From Promethearchaeota archaeon (GTDB lineage: Archaea > Asgardarchaeota > Lokiarchaeia > Sigyniarchaeales > SOKP01): DNA of 64,000 nt. Under the pieces are notes generated by a model. It saw only the letters and a list, made by a program, of their open reading frames with translations. It was not told where the DNA came from and did no database searches. The position numbers were made by a program, and so were the translations under genes. Location of the stretch: NCBI GenBank assembly GCA_016839705.1, contig JAEOTR010000032.1, positions 1 through 64,000 on the forward strand. Reading direction: 5' to 3'. Of this stretch, positions 39,246 through 48,682 are shown one piece after another. Position 1 is the stretch's first letter. Each line of letters opens with the position of its first letter.

Positions 39246-40622
39246 TTGAAAATAAGAGTTCCGTGGTGTTTTCATAAGATTTGTGCTAAAAAACTAAATT
39301 ATCCTCCTCAAGAAATAATTATCTCTTCAGGGATTGAGAAAAAAGATTTTGAATATATTATTTTATGGATGCTTAATAATAATGAAGAATGCAATTGGTC
39401 TGACTTTTTAGACAATCCCTTAGGATTTAGTCTTGCCACCTTATCAAAATATATGAATCTATTAATGACAAATGGATTTGTTGAAAAGAAAGAGAAGGGT
39501 CTATACATGATTACACCTGAAGGAAAAAAAAGATATTTTGATTTAAGGTTTAAAGATTCTTTTGATAGAAAATTAAGATATCCTCCAGAAATAATTCTAA
39601 ATAAGCGAAATTATGACCACATAATTCTCTGGATGCTACATAATAATGAATATTGCAAATGGAAAGATTTTCTTGAAAAACCACTCTCTATCAATAATAA
39701 TTCTCTCTCAAAAAATTTAAATCTTTTAAGAGAAAAAGGTTATGTGAAGGTCGAAGATATGGAATATCAGATTACTAAAACTGGTGAATCTCAATATTCA
39801 AAAATTTTAAAAAAATATGATTTAGATTATCAGACAATTTTTAAGGAAGAAATTAAAAGAATTGAAGATATTAAAGAAAAAACAAAGAAATTCCTTGATA
39901 AGTATGAAATTGAAGATGATAAGGTTAAGATCATATTCTTAGATTTACTTAATCATTTAGATTATTCTAAATCTGAAAATTTATTATCATCAAAGGAAGA
40001 TTATTATAAGATTCTATTATTCTTTTCTTTTAATCATCCATCAATGTATCCAAATTTTATATCACCTGAGGAATTTTCTCTTAAATTTGATATTAAATTA
40101 ACTACACTTAATTTTTTTATACAGAACATTGTGGAAGAGAATTTATATGAAATAAAATTCTTTAATTTGAGATTTGGGGGAAAAGAAAATTATTTTTTCC
40201 GAGTAGACAAAAAATTTGAGAAGATGTTAAATTTAATCATCGATGAAAACATAACGAAATTTAGCTTTCTCCATAAACTGCAGCAAAATACTCCAAAAGA
40301 CGAAAAAAATCTGCAAACTATAAGTTTAGTTGAAAACATTATAGAAGATATCTATAATAACATGTTTGATCAAAAAGTAAAGCCGTATATTTTAAAGTTT
40401 CTACCAGATTATGTCAAATATCTATACGCGAATTTTAAGAGAAAAAATTATTCCGATAATGTAATAGAAACTTTCAAGGGCATGATCTATCAAAATATTA
40501 TTACTTTAGATATGGAATACTATAAAGAAATGATAGTAAAGAGAGAATTAGTATCGTTTCTCTTGAAAGACTTTCCAAAATACACCATTTTAGATGAAAT
40601 AAAGAAAAAATGGATTAAATAA
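39246..40622 (+). CDS. Protein with tandem winged-helix (MarR-like) domains
   Basis: Two repeats of YPP...IILWML.NNE.C.W.DFL..PL...LSK..NLL...G.V...Y.IT..G. Confidence 0.7.
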   Translation: MKIRVPWCFHKICAKKLNYPPQEIIISSGIEKKDFEYIILWMLNNNEECNWSDFLDNPLGFSLATLSKYMNLLMTNGFVEKKEKGLYMITPEGKKRYFDLRFKDSFDRKLRYPPEIILNKRNYDHIILWMLHNNEYCKWKDFLEKPLSINNNSLSKNLNLLREKGYVKVEDMEYQITKTGESQYSKILKKYDLDYQTIFKEEIKRIEDIKEKTKKFLDKYEIEDDKVKIIFLDLLNHLDYSKSENLLSSKEDYYKILLFFSFNHPSMYPNFISPEEFSLKFDIKLTTLNFFIQNIVEENLYEIKFFNLRFGGKENYFFRVDKKFEKMLNLIIDENITKFSFLHKLQQNTPKDEKNLQTISLVENIIEDIYNNMFDQKVKPYILKFLPDYVKYLYANFKRKNYSDNVIETFKGMIYQNIITLDMEYYKEMIVKRELVSFLLKDFPKYTILDEIKKKWIK

Positions 40623-40729
40623 TAAAATTGTAATTCGCACTTTGTTCAATATTCCGAAGCAAAATCTAAAATAATTCGGTGAAACAAATAGAGAATAATA
40701 AAAATCTATAAAAAAGAGGTTAATTAAAA

Positions 40730-41413
40730 ATGAAGAAATCGAACTTAGGAAAATTTTTCCTTGCATTAATAACTTTTTTAATTGTCTTTTCACACTTTCT
40801 AGCAATTGGGTATTCGAATGCGGTAGGAATACCAAATGGACTTCAAGTTAAACATAATTATAGCACCAACGTAATGTCGGGAATAACTCCTTCCACAATG
40901 ACATTTACTAAATCATCGAGTGACACTATTCATATCACTAATTACTTGGGAGGTGATATTGATGATACAGGTTCTTGGGACACTAACACCAACACTAGAA
41001 TTATATCAAACCAAGTAAATTTTGGGCCTTTTAATGGTGACCATTCTGTCTTTTGGATTTATACTAATATTTCCTTGGATGATCAATTATTAATGTGTAA
41101 TATATGGAAGGGCGTCCATAATGGCCTTACAAATGGTGATGCTACGTTCAATGTTACTGGTGAGGCTATGCATGGTACCATGGAGGTTTGGATTTTAAAA
41201 GATGCTCATGGGAGTGAGATGTGGTATGAAAAAGCGAGAGGATTTCTCGTAAATGGTACATTAAAACACTCCACGGATTATAATACATATGAATTTGTAA
41301 GTGTTGGAGTTACAGGTCTTCCAGGTGTTTCCGGATACAGTTTATTTTTGATAATTTGTGTTACAGCCATGATCTCATTTGTCATAATACAGAGAAAGAA
41401 AATTAAGAATTAA
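40730..41413 (+). CDS. Secreted/surface protein with C-terminal sorting-like anchor
   Basis: N-terminal hydrophobic signal; C-terminal PGVSGY, TM helix, RKKIKN. Confidence 0.7.
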   Translation: MKKSNLGKFFLALITFLIVFSHFLAIGYSNAVGIPNGLQVKHNYSTNVMSGITPSTMTFTKSSSDTIHITNYLGGDIDDTGSWDTNTNTRIISNQVNFGPFNGDHSVFWIYTNISLDDQLLMCNIWKGVHNGLTNGDATFNVTGEAMHGTMEVWILKDAHGSEMWYEKARGFLVNGTLKHSTDYNTYEFVSVGVTGLPGVSGYSLFLIICVTAMISFVIIQRKKIKN

Positions 41414-41425
41414 ATAATAGTTTCA

Positions 41426-41439
41426 TTTTTTTTTTTTTT
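41426..41439 (+). terminator. Oligo-T tract, archaeal-type terminator candidate
   Basis: 14 consecutive T beginning 13 nt after the stop codon of 40730..41413. Confidence 0.5.
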
Positions 41440-41590
41440 AAGTTTGAAGTTTGATTACCTTTGAACTCTTAAAAAAATTCCGAAGTAAAATCTAAAAATG
41501 TTTAGCACACTATGATTTATTTAATAATTATTATGATATAGTAACAATTTTTTATTACTGCTTGAATTAATCAAAAAGACTTGACAAAAA

Positions 41591-41845
41591 ATGATAATAT
41601 CGGTTGAAGATTCAAGAGCAGGCAAAATAATTAAATTAGATGTTAATAAAAAGCATTTAATCGAAAGTATTATAACTATTGTTGTTAAACATATGAATGT
41701 CATTGTCGCAGAACAACGTTCTTTTGCTTTAATTTATAAAGGTAAAGAACTACCTAATTCAATAACTGTTGGAGACGTTGTTCAAAATTATGGTTTAAAA
41801 GAAAATGACAAACTAGAACTATGGGCAAAAGTAATAGGGGGTTAA
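41591..41845 (+). CDS. Ubiquitin-like beta-grasp protein with exposed C-terminal Gly-Gly
   Basis: GKIIKLDV, LIYKGKEL, YGLKENDKLEL..KVIGG* parallels ubiquitin GKTITLEV, LIFAGKQL, YNIQKESTLHLVLRLRGG. Confidence 0.88.
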   Translation: MIISVEDSRAGKIIKLDVNKKHLIESIITIVVKHMNVIVAEQRSFALIYKGKELPNSITVGDVVQNYGLKENDKLELWAKVIGG

Positions 41846-41857
41846 TTAATCAAGTTT

Positions 41858-42910
41858 TCAAGTTTTTTTAAGAACCTTTATATATTTTTCAAATGATGAA
41901 GAAGTAACTAAAGCCCATTCTACCTCTTTTTCGAATCCTCCTTGCTTGTATAATTTAGCCATTTTATTAAACATTTCTTTAATTTTTAAGGTATTATCTG
42001 TATTAATGCTCGTTTTATCCGATTTTTCGATTTCCATTACTAAGTTTAGAACTTTACAAAACTCTGAATTTCCTAATGTTAATAACTTTAATTTATTATC
42101 AGGAATAATTTCACTAGCTTGAATAAAGTGATTTGAGGCTTCTAAGAACTTTTTTGGCTCCATTTTTTCTTGAGCGTATGACATAAACTCCCATGCTTTA
42201 CTTAAATGATATAATCCTTCAACTTCTTCTCTATCATGTGTGAGAGCTATCTTTGAGGAAAGTCTTTTGAACTGAGATGCTGCATTTGAAAAACATTCTA
42301 TTGCTTTAATCCTATCTCCCTGTGTTTCAAAAATTTTTGCGTTCTCAATTTTTGACCAGATATCACTATATATAGAGATTAATTGCCTTTTTTCTTTTTT
42401 TTCTTGAATTGATCTTACTATGATTTCTTCAATGATTGAATATATCCTTTCTTTGGAATCTTTCTGGACTGCAGAATACTCAAATGTTTTTACCCCTATT
42501 AGTTCTTCAATTTTATCCACTTTTAGAGTATCTTTTTTTCTATCTTGAAAATTAGCAATAACATAGAAATCAACATCAAGAACTTTTTTCTTTAGAAATA
42601 ATAATAAATTTTGATTATATTTTAAATTCTCCATGCTTGAATTTGACACTACACATATAATGTCGATAGATTCTAATAAATCTTTAAATAAATTAAAATT
42701 TCTAACCAATTCTTTTGACTCAATAACTCGTAATACACAATGTTCAATCTTTTCTAATGTGGGTATTTCAATAGATTTTTTAAAAATCTCATTTAAATTT
42801 ATATCAATTTCTAGAATAGTCTCGCTTGGAAATAATTTTAAAATTGTAGATTTTCCGACCCCTTCTTCTCCGATTAAAAGAATTTGAATAGAAATTGACT
42901 TAGCACCAAT
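41858..42910 (-). CDS. Divergent small-GTPase-like P-loop domain fused to a helical (TPR-like) domain
   Basis: Frame stays open upstream of the track start (42709) to 42961 and encodes ILLIGEEGVGKSTI; ANFQD and YSA at the G4/G5 positions; start inferred at ATT 42910. Confidence 0.72.
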   Translation of the reverse strand: MGAKSISIQILLIGEEGVGKSTILKLFPSETILEIDINLNEIFKKSIEIPTLEKIEHCVLRVIESKELVRNFNLFKDLLESIDIICVVSNSSMENLKYNQNLLLFLKKKVLDVDFYVIANFQDRKKDTLKVDKIEELIGVKTFEYSAVQKDSKERIYSIIEEIIVRSIQEKKEKRQLISIYSDIWSKIENAKIFETQGDRIKAIECFSNAASQFKRLSSKIALTHDREEVEGLYHLSKAWEFMSYAQEKMEPKKFLEASNHFIQASEIIPDNKLKLLTLGNSEFCKVLNLVMEIEKSDKTSINTDNTLKIKEMFNKMAKLYKQGGFEKEVEWALVTSSSFEKYIKVLKKT

Positions 42911-43031
42911 AAAGCTTTGTTTTATATTAATAATTAATTTATTTATGGATTTTAATGTTAATTAAGATCTTAGAATTATAATTTAAATCTAAATATTTTT
43001 TCGTTAAGAACTTAAAGAAAGACATTTTCAG

Positions 43032-43229
43032 TTATTCTCGATATTTAATGTATAATATAAATCCCAATATAAAAGGGATTAGCCATATAATTAAAATCCA
43101 TAAGAAAATATTTGATTCCCTTTTTTTAGCGTCTGTGTATACCCATATAGATAAAGCGATTGAAACCAGAAATGTTATTACTAAAAAGATTATTAATATT
43201 AAAAAAATAAATTCAATCATTACCCTCAA
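43032..43229 (-). CDS. Small 2-TM protein (PLDc N-terminal-like)
   Basis: WVYTDAKKR....W...I...P.ILGFILY pattern. Confidence 0.7.
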   Translation of the reverse strand: MRVMIEFIFLILIIFLVITFLVSIALSIWVYTDAKKRESNIFLWILIIWLIPFILGFILYIKYRE

Positions 43230-43275
43230 TTTTTTAGATTTTGATACCTATTTATCTATTTTATTAATTATTTTA

Positions 43276-44256
43276 TTAAAGATTTTTTATTGGTTTAAAC
43301 TTCGTGAAAGCTGTTTCACACCCCCAACAAGCATTTTCTATCTCAGATAAAGCTTTATAACAATTCAGACAATACCAAGCTTGACATTTCGGACAAACGT
43401 ATGTAAAACCAGAAATTTTATTTTTACACACTAAACAATATCCTTTTTCTTTACTATATTTAACATCTTCTACACTAAATTTTAGAGGTTTAGTAAAGGT
43501 TTTTAAAGTATCTTGGAGTTCTTCTTCTTTAATAACACGTTCTCCACTTTTAACATAAAAATAAATTATATAACTAATAATTAAAATCAGCATAGAAAGT
43601 GCTATCCCGATTATAATTAAAAAAATACTTGCTAATTGAAGATTTAAGAGCAGTATTGTGGTTATAAATATTACAAGTAAACATATTACTATTACAATAA
43701 ACAGTTTAACAATTTTTTTAGAAAATAATTCAAAATGACCTATTAATGGAGATGTTACGATTGAAATACCCATTATCATAAATACTGGACTTAAGGCAGG
43801 GGTAAATAATTTTGAATTTTTTACTATTATTGAATCAAAGCCCCAACCAATTAAAAATGTAGCAAATCCAACGGTTATGGCTGAGGAAATAGCTTGAAAC
43901 TCACGTGTTGATTTGAAAGAAGACCAAGTGAACAGGATTATTACAATTGTGGCAATAACAAAAATATAGTTATATAGATATAAGTAGAAGTATAAAAAAA
44001 GATAATTTATAACGTCATAAGTTAGAATAATAACATATAAATCTCCTATATAAGTTCCTTCTAAAATATAATCACTAATAAAAAAGAATAATCGTGTTAA
44101 AGCAATAAAAAACCAAAAAGCTCCAAACCCAACCATAAGGATTTTTTCATTCTTATCATGTTTTTTAAATCCTTTAGAGAAGTAAAAAAGCCCACAGAAA
44201 AATATTATAAAAATTGCCATACTTGACAAAAAGCGCTCTAAAGGATCGAAAATCAT
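43276..44256 (-). CDS. Multi-pass (about 7 TM) membrane protein with C-terminal C4C4 RING-like zinc finger
   Basis: CLVC-x10-CPKC-x4-CLNC-x10-CWGC after hydrophobic helices. Confidence 0.75.
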   Translation of the reverse strand: MIFDPLERFLSSMAIFIIFFCGLFYFSKGFKKHDKNEKILMVGFGAFWFFIALTRLFFFISDYILEGTYIGDLYVIILTYDVINYLFLYFYLYLYNYIFVIATIVIILFTWSSFKSTREFQAISSAITVGFATFLIGWGFDSIIVKNSKLFTPALSPVFMIMGISIVTSPLIGHFELFSKKIVKLFIVIVICLLVIFITTILLLNLQLASIFLIIIGIALSMLILIISYIIYFYVKSGERVIKEEELQDTLKTFTKPLKFSVEDVKYSKEKGYCLVCKNKISGFTYVCPKCQAWYCLNCYKALSEIENACWGCETAFTKFKPIKNL

Positions 44257-44436
44257 AACTTATACTAAATGGAATTAATCAATACATATCTAATAAGAAA
44301 TTTCAGTATTAATAAATTTTGATGTTCTCGAACATTAGAATTAGAGTTTTTATCGCACCTTAGTTAGTATATAATTTAAATATTAAACTTTCTGTTTAAA
44401 TACTTAAAGTAGCTATTATTACTTCAAATCTTTTAA

Positions 44437-45420
44437 ATGGAGAAAAAATTCAAAACTTTATTTTTTATATATCTAATCTTTGTATTTTCAATAGTAACTA
44501 TTCCGAGTATCATCATTTTTGCGGAATTTGCAAGTTTTAATAGGATTGATGAATCTCTTACATATAAATATTCATCTAACACCCCACCACTTGAAAAAGA
44601 ACTGAATATAATTACTGATATCGGTATAATCGATATAAAATATGTTTCTCCCTCAGTAGATTATCTTGTTAAAATAGATGTAGATATTGAAATGGCAGGT
44701 CCTAACTTAGGAAGTAAATCATACTTGGATTTTTATAGAATAGGGTGGGAAAACTTAACATCTCCATTAAATTTTACATTTGCATTAATTCCTGAGATGT
44801 TCGAAGATTTTTCAAGCTTACACATTACAAATACTCATATTAATATTCAGCTACGAGCAGATATTGTTTTTAGCATAAATGCTTCTGTAAGTGAAGGGAC
44901 TGTAAAACTTTCTGCTCTAGGAATTACTGTTAATGATTTATTCTTAAATGTGATTAATGGTGATATAATTTATGATTTAACTAATTGTAAAGTTGAAGGT
45001 AATATATCTGGAACTGTTACTAATGGGAATATTACATTAAAAACTCATAATAATCAATATAATCATAATAGTCTTTTGACTATTAAAAATGACGTTGGAT
45101 ATATTCTTTTTGATATTACCCAATTTGAAGAAATGGGAGCCAATGTTACAGGAACGGGAATAACAAAAACGGGAAATATCTCAATAATCTATAAAGATTT
45201 TTCATCTAATATTGGAGCTCGATTTGTATTATATAATAAAACCACTCACGGTCTTGAAGGACAAAATTCATGGATAGGATTCGAAAGGGATCTTTTACCA
45301 TTAAGTGCAGGACAATATTATAATTCCACAGATTTTCCTTCTCAAAATAATTATATTTTCTCTCTATTTAAATGGGATAGCGGTGATTATCTGTGGAATC
45401 TTTATAGCATCCCAACTTAA
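44437..45420 (+). CDS. Membrane-anchored beta-strand-repeat (DUF4097/adhesin-like) protein
   Basis: N-terminal TM; repeats V.EGTV.L, V.NGDI, VTNGNI.L, TKTGNI; paralog of 56410..57501. Confidence 0.65.
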   Translation: MEKKFKTLFFIYLIFVFSIVTIPSIIIFAEFASFNRIDESLTYKYSSNTPPLEKELNIITDIGIIDIKYVSPSVDYLVKIDVDIEMAGPNLGSKSYLDFYRIGWENLTSPLNFTFALIPEMFEDFSSLHITNTHINIQLRADIVFSINASVSEGTVKLSALGITVNDLFLNVINGDIIYDLTNCKVEGNISGTVTNGNITLKTHNNQYNHNSLLTIKNDVGYILFDITQFEEMGANVTGTGITKTGNISIIYKDFSSNIGARFVLYNKTTHGLEGQNSWIGFERDLLPLSAGQYYNSTDFPSQNNYIFSLFKWDSGDYLWNLYSIPT

Positions 45421-45422
45421 CA

Positions 45423-47171
45423 TTACTTGGCTAGATAAGCAAATTTTAAAATTACTTTTAAAGGAGCACCATCAATTGGAATCCCTTTTACATCTGAATC
45501 CCAAATTTCATAGTTTATAGGAAAAGTCAGCCAAACAACTGGATTAAGCTGCATAAGATGCTGCTGAATATCAAAGTATAATTGTTCTCTAGCAAATTCA
45601 TCAAATTCTTGAAGAGCATCTTCCATCCATAGTTGTACTTGTGTATCATTGAAATTTATATAGTTACCTACTCCATCAAAGTTACTTGAATATAATGGGT
45701 TAATAATATCGACAGGATCTATATAACTAACTCCCCAACTCAGAGTAACAATATCGAAGTCACCTGTATTTAATTTATACTCTAATTCTAATGATCCTAT
45801 TGAATCAAGATTTATTTTTAATCCAATTTGTTTAAGATTTTCGATTGTGAGATTGGCTGCTAATTCAAAAAATGGGTTACTACTTGAAAAATTATAAACT
45901 TCAAGAGGTGAGGGGCTATTTGCCAATGTCTCCCATTCATTTCCAGCTGATATATTATCGTTTGCTGTTAAACCACTTGTACCAGGCCAACTTACATTTA
46001 TTAAGATTTGTCTTGCTCTCGTAATATTATAATATGGTACATCAAAATCTTCCCAATTAGAATATCGAACCTTTTTTGAAAGAGGAGATTTTGCTCTCTC
46101 AGCATGCCCGTTCCATACTTCATTAAGATAACGATTATAATCAAAAGCATATGAGATTGCCTTTCTCATTGTTACATTTATAATATTGTTATTCATTCCA
46201 AGATACCAGAAACCAAGGACTTTTTTTGGTACTACTGTAGTTCCGCGATTTGTTTTGAAAATATCGAGTGTTTCATTATCACGATACCACATGATATATG
46301 AAAGCTCTCCGGAGAGTATTCTTTCCTTTCTTTCTGTAGAACTTAAATATAGGAAAACTAGTTTGTTAATTGATGGTATTCCACCCCAATAATCTGGATT
46401 AGCATGCATATATGTTTCCAAACTATAACCCCTATAATCTACCTGACATGAATCGAAAATGTAAGGACCTGTTCCAACTAATCTTCCAGTTCTAATATCA
46501 ATGAATTCATCTTCTGGAGTTAAAGTTGGCGAAAGTATATAAGAGTTCCAAAGAGATAATAGATCCCTTATAGGAACATAAGGTTGATTTAACACAAACC
46601 TTACAGTATATTCGTTTAATACTTCTGTATGGTTTATAATTGGCTTACCTTCTGAATTTAGATAAGTATAATCCCAAGCCCATATATCAGATTCAGGCAT
46701 TATGCAAATAAATCTATATATTCGATCAAAATTCCATTTAACAGCTGCAGCGTTAAATGGTGTTCCATCATGAAAACTTATATTTGTTCTGAGTGAACAA
46801 GTAAAATTTAGGTGGTCAGGGCTCCAAGTTCCATTTAACGCAAGATTAGGAACAATGGGTGTATTGGTTTGGTTTTGGTCATAAGCAAATAAACCTTCGG
46901 CAATTTGATCAATTATTATTAGATTTACATATTTTGGAACTGGATTTTTAAGTGGATCGATTGAATCGGGAGCATCATTCAAACCACACTTGAATATAGG
47001 CTCTGATATTTCTTGTAATTCAAAAAAAAAGTAAAATCCACTAAAAACTGCAGCAACTGTTATAATACTCGTAGTTCCTAAGCCAATTTTTTGTCTTTTA
47101 TTTAGAGTTTTAAATTTTTTTTTTTTCCTTTTTGTGATTAATTTCCTTTTCTGCCATAAGGGAATCCACAA
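45423..47171 (-). CDS. ABC transporter substrate-binding protein, family 5 (DppA/OppA-like)
   Basis: IVPNLA, FHDGTPFNAAAVKWNFDR, VGTGPY, NPDYWG, MRKAISYAFD; start uncertain. Confidence 0.9.
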   Translation of the reverse strand: MWIPLWQKRKLITKRKKKKFKTLNKRQKIGLGTTSIITVAAVFSGFYFFFELQEISEPIFKCGLNDAPDSIDPLKNPVPKYVNLIIIDQIAEGLFAYDQNQTNTPIVPNLALNGTWSPDHLNFTCSLRTNISFHDGTPFNAAAVKWNFDRIYRFICIMPESDIWAWDYTYLNSEGKPIINHTEVLNEYTVRFVLNQPYVPIRDLLSLWNSYILSPTLTPEDEFIDIRTGRLVGTGPYIFDSCQVDYRGYSLETYMHANPDYWGGIPSINKLVFLYLSSTERKERILSGELSYIMWYRDNETLDIFKTNRGTTVVPKKVLGFWYLGMNNNIINVTMRKAISYAFDYNRYLNEVWNGHAERAKSPLSKKVRYSNWEDFDVPYYNITRARQILINVSWPGTSGLTANDNISAGNEWETLANSPSPLEVYNFSSSNPFFELAANLTIENLKQIGLKINLDSIGSLELEYKLNTGDFDIVTLSWGVSYIDPVDIINPLYSSNFDGVGNYINFNDTQVQLWMEDALQEFDEFAREQLYFDIQQHLMQLNPVVWLTFPINYEIWDSDVKGIPIDGAPLKVILKFAYLAK

Positions 47172-47406
47172 TATTATTTTTACTTTTTTTGGTTTTTACC
47201 CTAAATTTAGGATTTTTAAATTAATATTTACCTATTATGTAAAATAAAATTAGATTGACATATTTATAATAATTACTACTTTTTTGTATATTTCCTTATC
47301 TTAAGGTTTTTCTGAGTGGTAAAGCTTTTAAGGTTCAAAGCTTTATGTCAATTTCATTATTAAGGCTTTCCTACAATATGATAAGATAATGGGTGAAGTT
47401 TCTATT

Positions 47407-48114
47407 TTATTTCAGCACAAAATACATTCTTCTGTTATTCTTACCTTTATTTACGGTTTTAGTCAACTCAATTGTACCGATTTCCTTTAGATTGTTGACA
47501 TGAGTTCCCCCATCTACTTGAATATCGACATCCCCTATTTTTACAATGCGAAATTCTTTAATATTCTCTGGTAAACCTACAGCTAAACGGGCTAATTCTG
47601 GTTTTCCTAAAACATCTTGTCGGGACATATATTCTATAGTAATAAGTAAATCTTGTTGGATAATCGAATTTGCTTCATCAACATAAGCTTGTAATTTTTC
47701 AGGGGAGTAATCTATCATTGAAAAATCCATTCGGGTTTTATCCATTTCTATTTGGTTTCCAGTAATTTTCGCATTAGCTCTATTGTACAGAATGTTAGAA
47801 ATTAGATGGGAAGCAGTGTGATATCGCATAAAGGTATATCTTCGTTCCCAGTCTAGTTCACATGAAACAATATCTCCAACTTTTAGCCCTGATATTTCTA
47901 CCTCATGACTGATTTCCCCTGAGAATTTACCGACATAAACAACTCTAAATTTCTCATTATTCTTAATTATATACCCCTCATCCCAGGGTTGGCCACCACC
48001 TTTAGGATAGAATGCAGTGTTATCAAGAGTAATATACTTTTCATCTTTGACGCTTGAAACTTTAGCATTCCACCTCTTAAGATAGGAGTCATCCATATAT
48101 AATGCTCTTGCCAT
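47407..48114 (-). CDS. alaXM: Alanyl-tRNA editing protein AlaX-M
   Basis: LYMDDSY, TAFYPKGGGQPWD, MRYHTASH, DGGTHV, NKGKNNRR. Confidence 0.92.
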   Translation of the reverse strand: MARALYMDDSYLKRWNAKVSSVKDEKYITLDNTAFYPKGGGQPWDEGYIIKNNEKFRVVYVGKFSGEISHEVEISGLKVGDIVSCELDWERRYTFMRYHTASHLISNILYNRANAKITGNQIEMDKTRMDFSMIDYSPEKLQAYVDEANSIIQQDLLITIEYMSRQDVLGKPELARLAVGLPENIKEFRIVKIGDVDIQVDGGTHVNNLKEIGTIELTKTVNKGKNNRRMYFVLK

Positions 48115-48152
48115 AAAAAGAAGAAAAGTAAGTAAACTTAAATTTTTAACTT

Positions 48153-48311
48153 TTAGTCATTCTCATGAATTTCTGACGGCTTCACTCCATCAAACAATTC
48201 TAGTTTTAAGAATCTCTTTTCTTTATTACAATTGGGGCAGAAGTAAATACCTGGTTCTCTATTCCTAAAACTATAACCACAGTCCTTACAAACAGCGTAA
48301 AACAAAGACAT
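48153..48311 (-). CDS. 52-aa zinc-finger microprotein (not in ORF track)
   Basis: MSLFYAVCKDCGYSFRNREPGIYFCPNCNKEKRFLKLELFDGVKPSEIHEND; paralog of 48339..48491. Confidence 0.82.
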   Translation of the reverse strand: MSLFYAVCKDCGYSFRNREPGIYFCPNCNKEKRFLKLELFDGVKPSEIHEND

Positions 48312-48338
48312 ATAGTAAAAATAAATAAGGGTAACTAT

Positions 48339-48491
48339 TTAATTTACCTCATGAAGCTCATTTGGTTTTGCACCACAATATGCTTCGAATTTAAAAAATT
48401 TCATTTCTTTAGAACAATTGGGGCAGAAATATTTACCGGGGTCCTTATTTTCAAAAGAATATCCACATTCCTTGCAAACTATTGCTTTCAT
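48339..48491 (-). CDS. 50-aa zinc-finger microprotein (not in ORF track)
   Basis: MKAIVCKECGYSFENKDPGKYFCPNCSKEMKFFKFEAYCGAKPNELHEVN. Confidence 0.82.
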   Translation of the reverse strand: MKAIVCKECGYSFENKDPGKYFCPNCSKEMKFFKFEAYCGAKPNELHEVN

Positions 48492-48682
48492 AGTTAAATA
48501 TTCTAAATAGAGTTTTAATAGGTTCTTTTTATGAAATAGAAAGAAATTAGATAGGAATTATAGATTCGATAAGTTTTTTGAAATGAAAATGAATAAATTA
48601 AAAATATTTTATAATTAATTTATATCTGATTAAAGATATTACTAATAAATACAATCTTAACACATTATACCAAGTGATTTTG

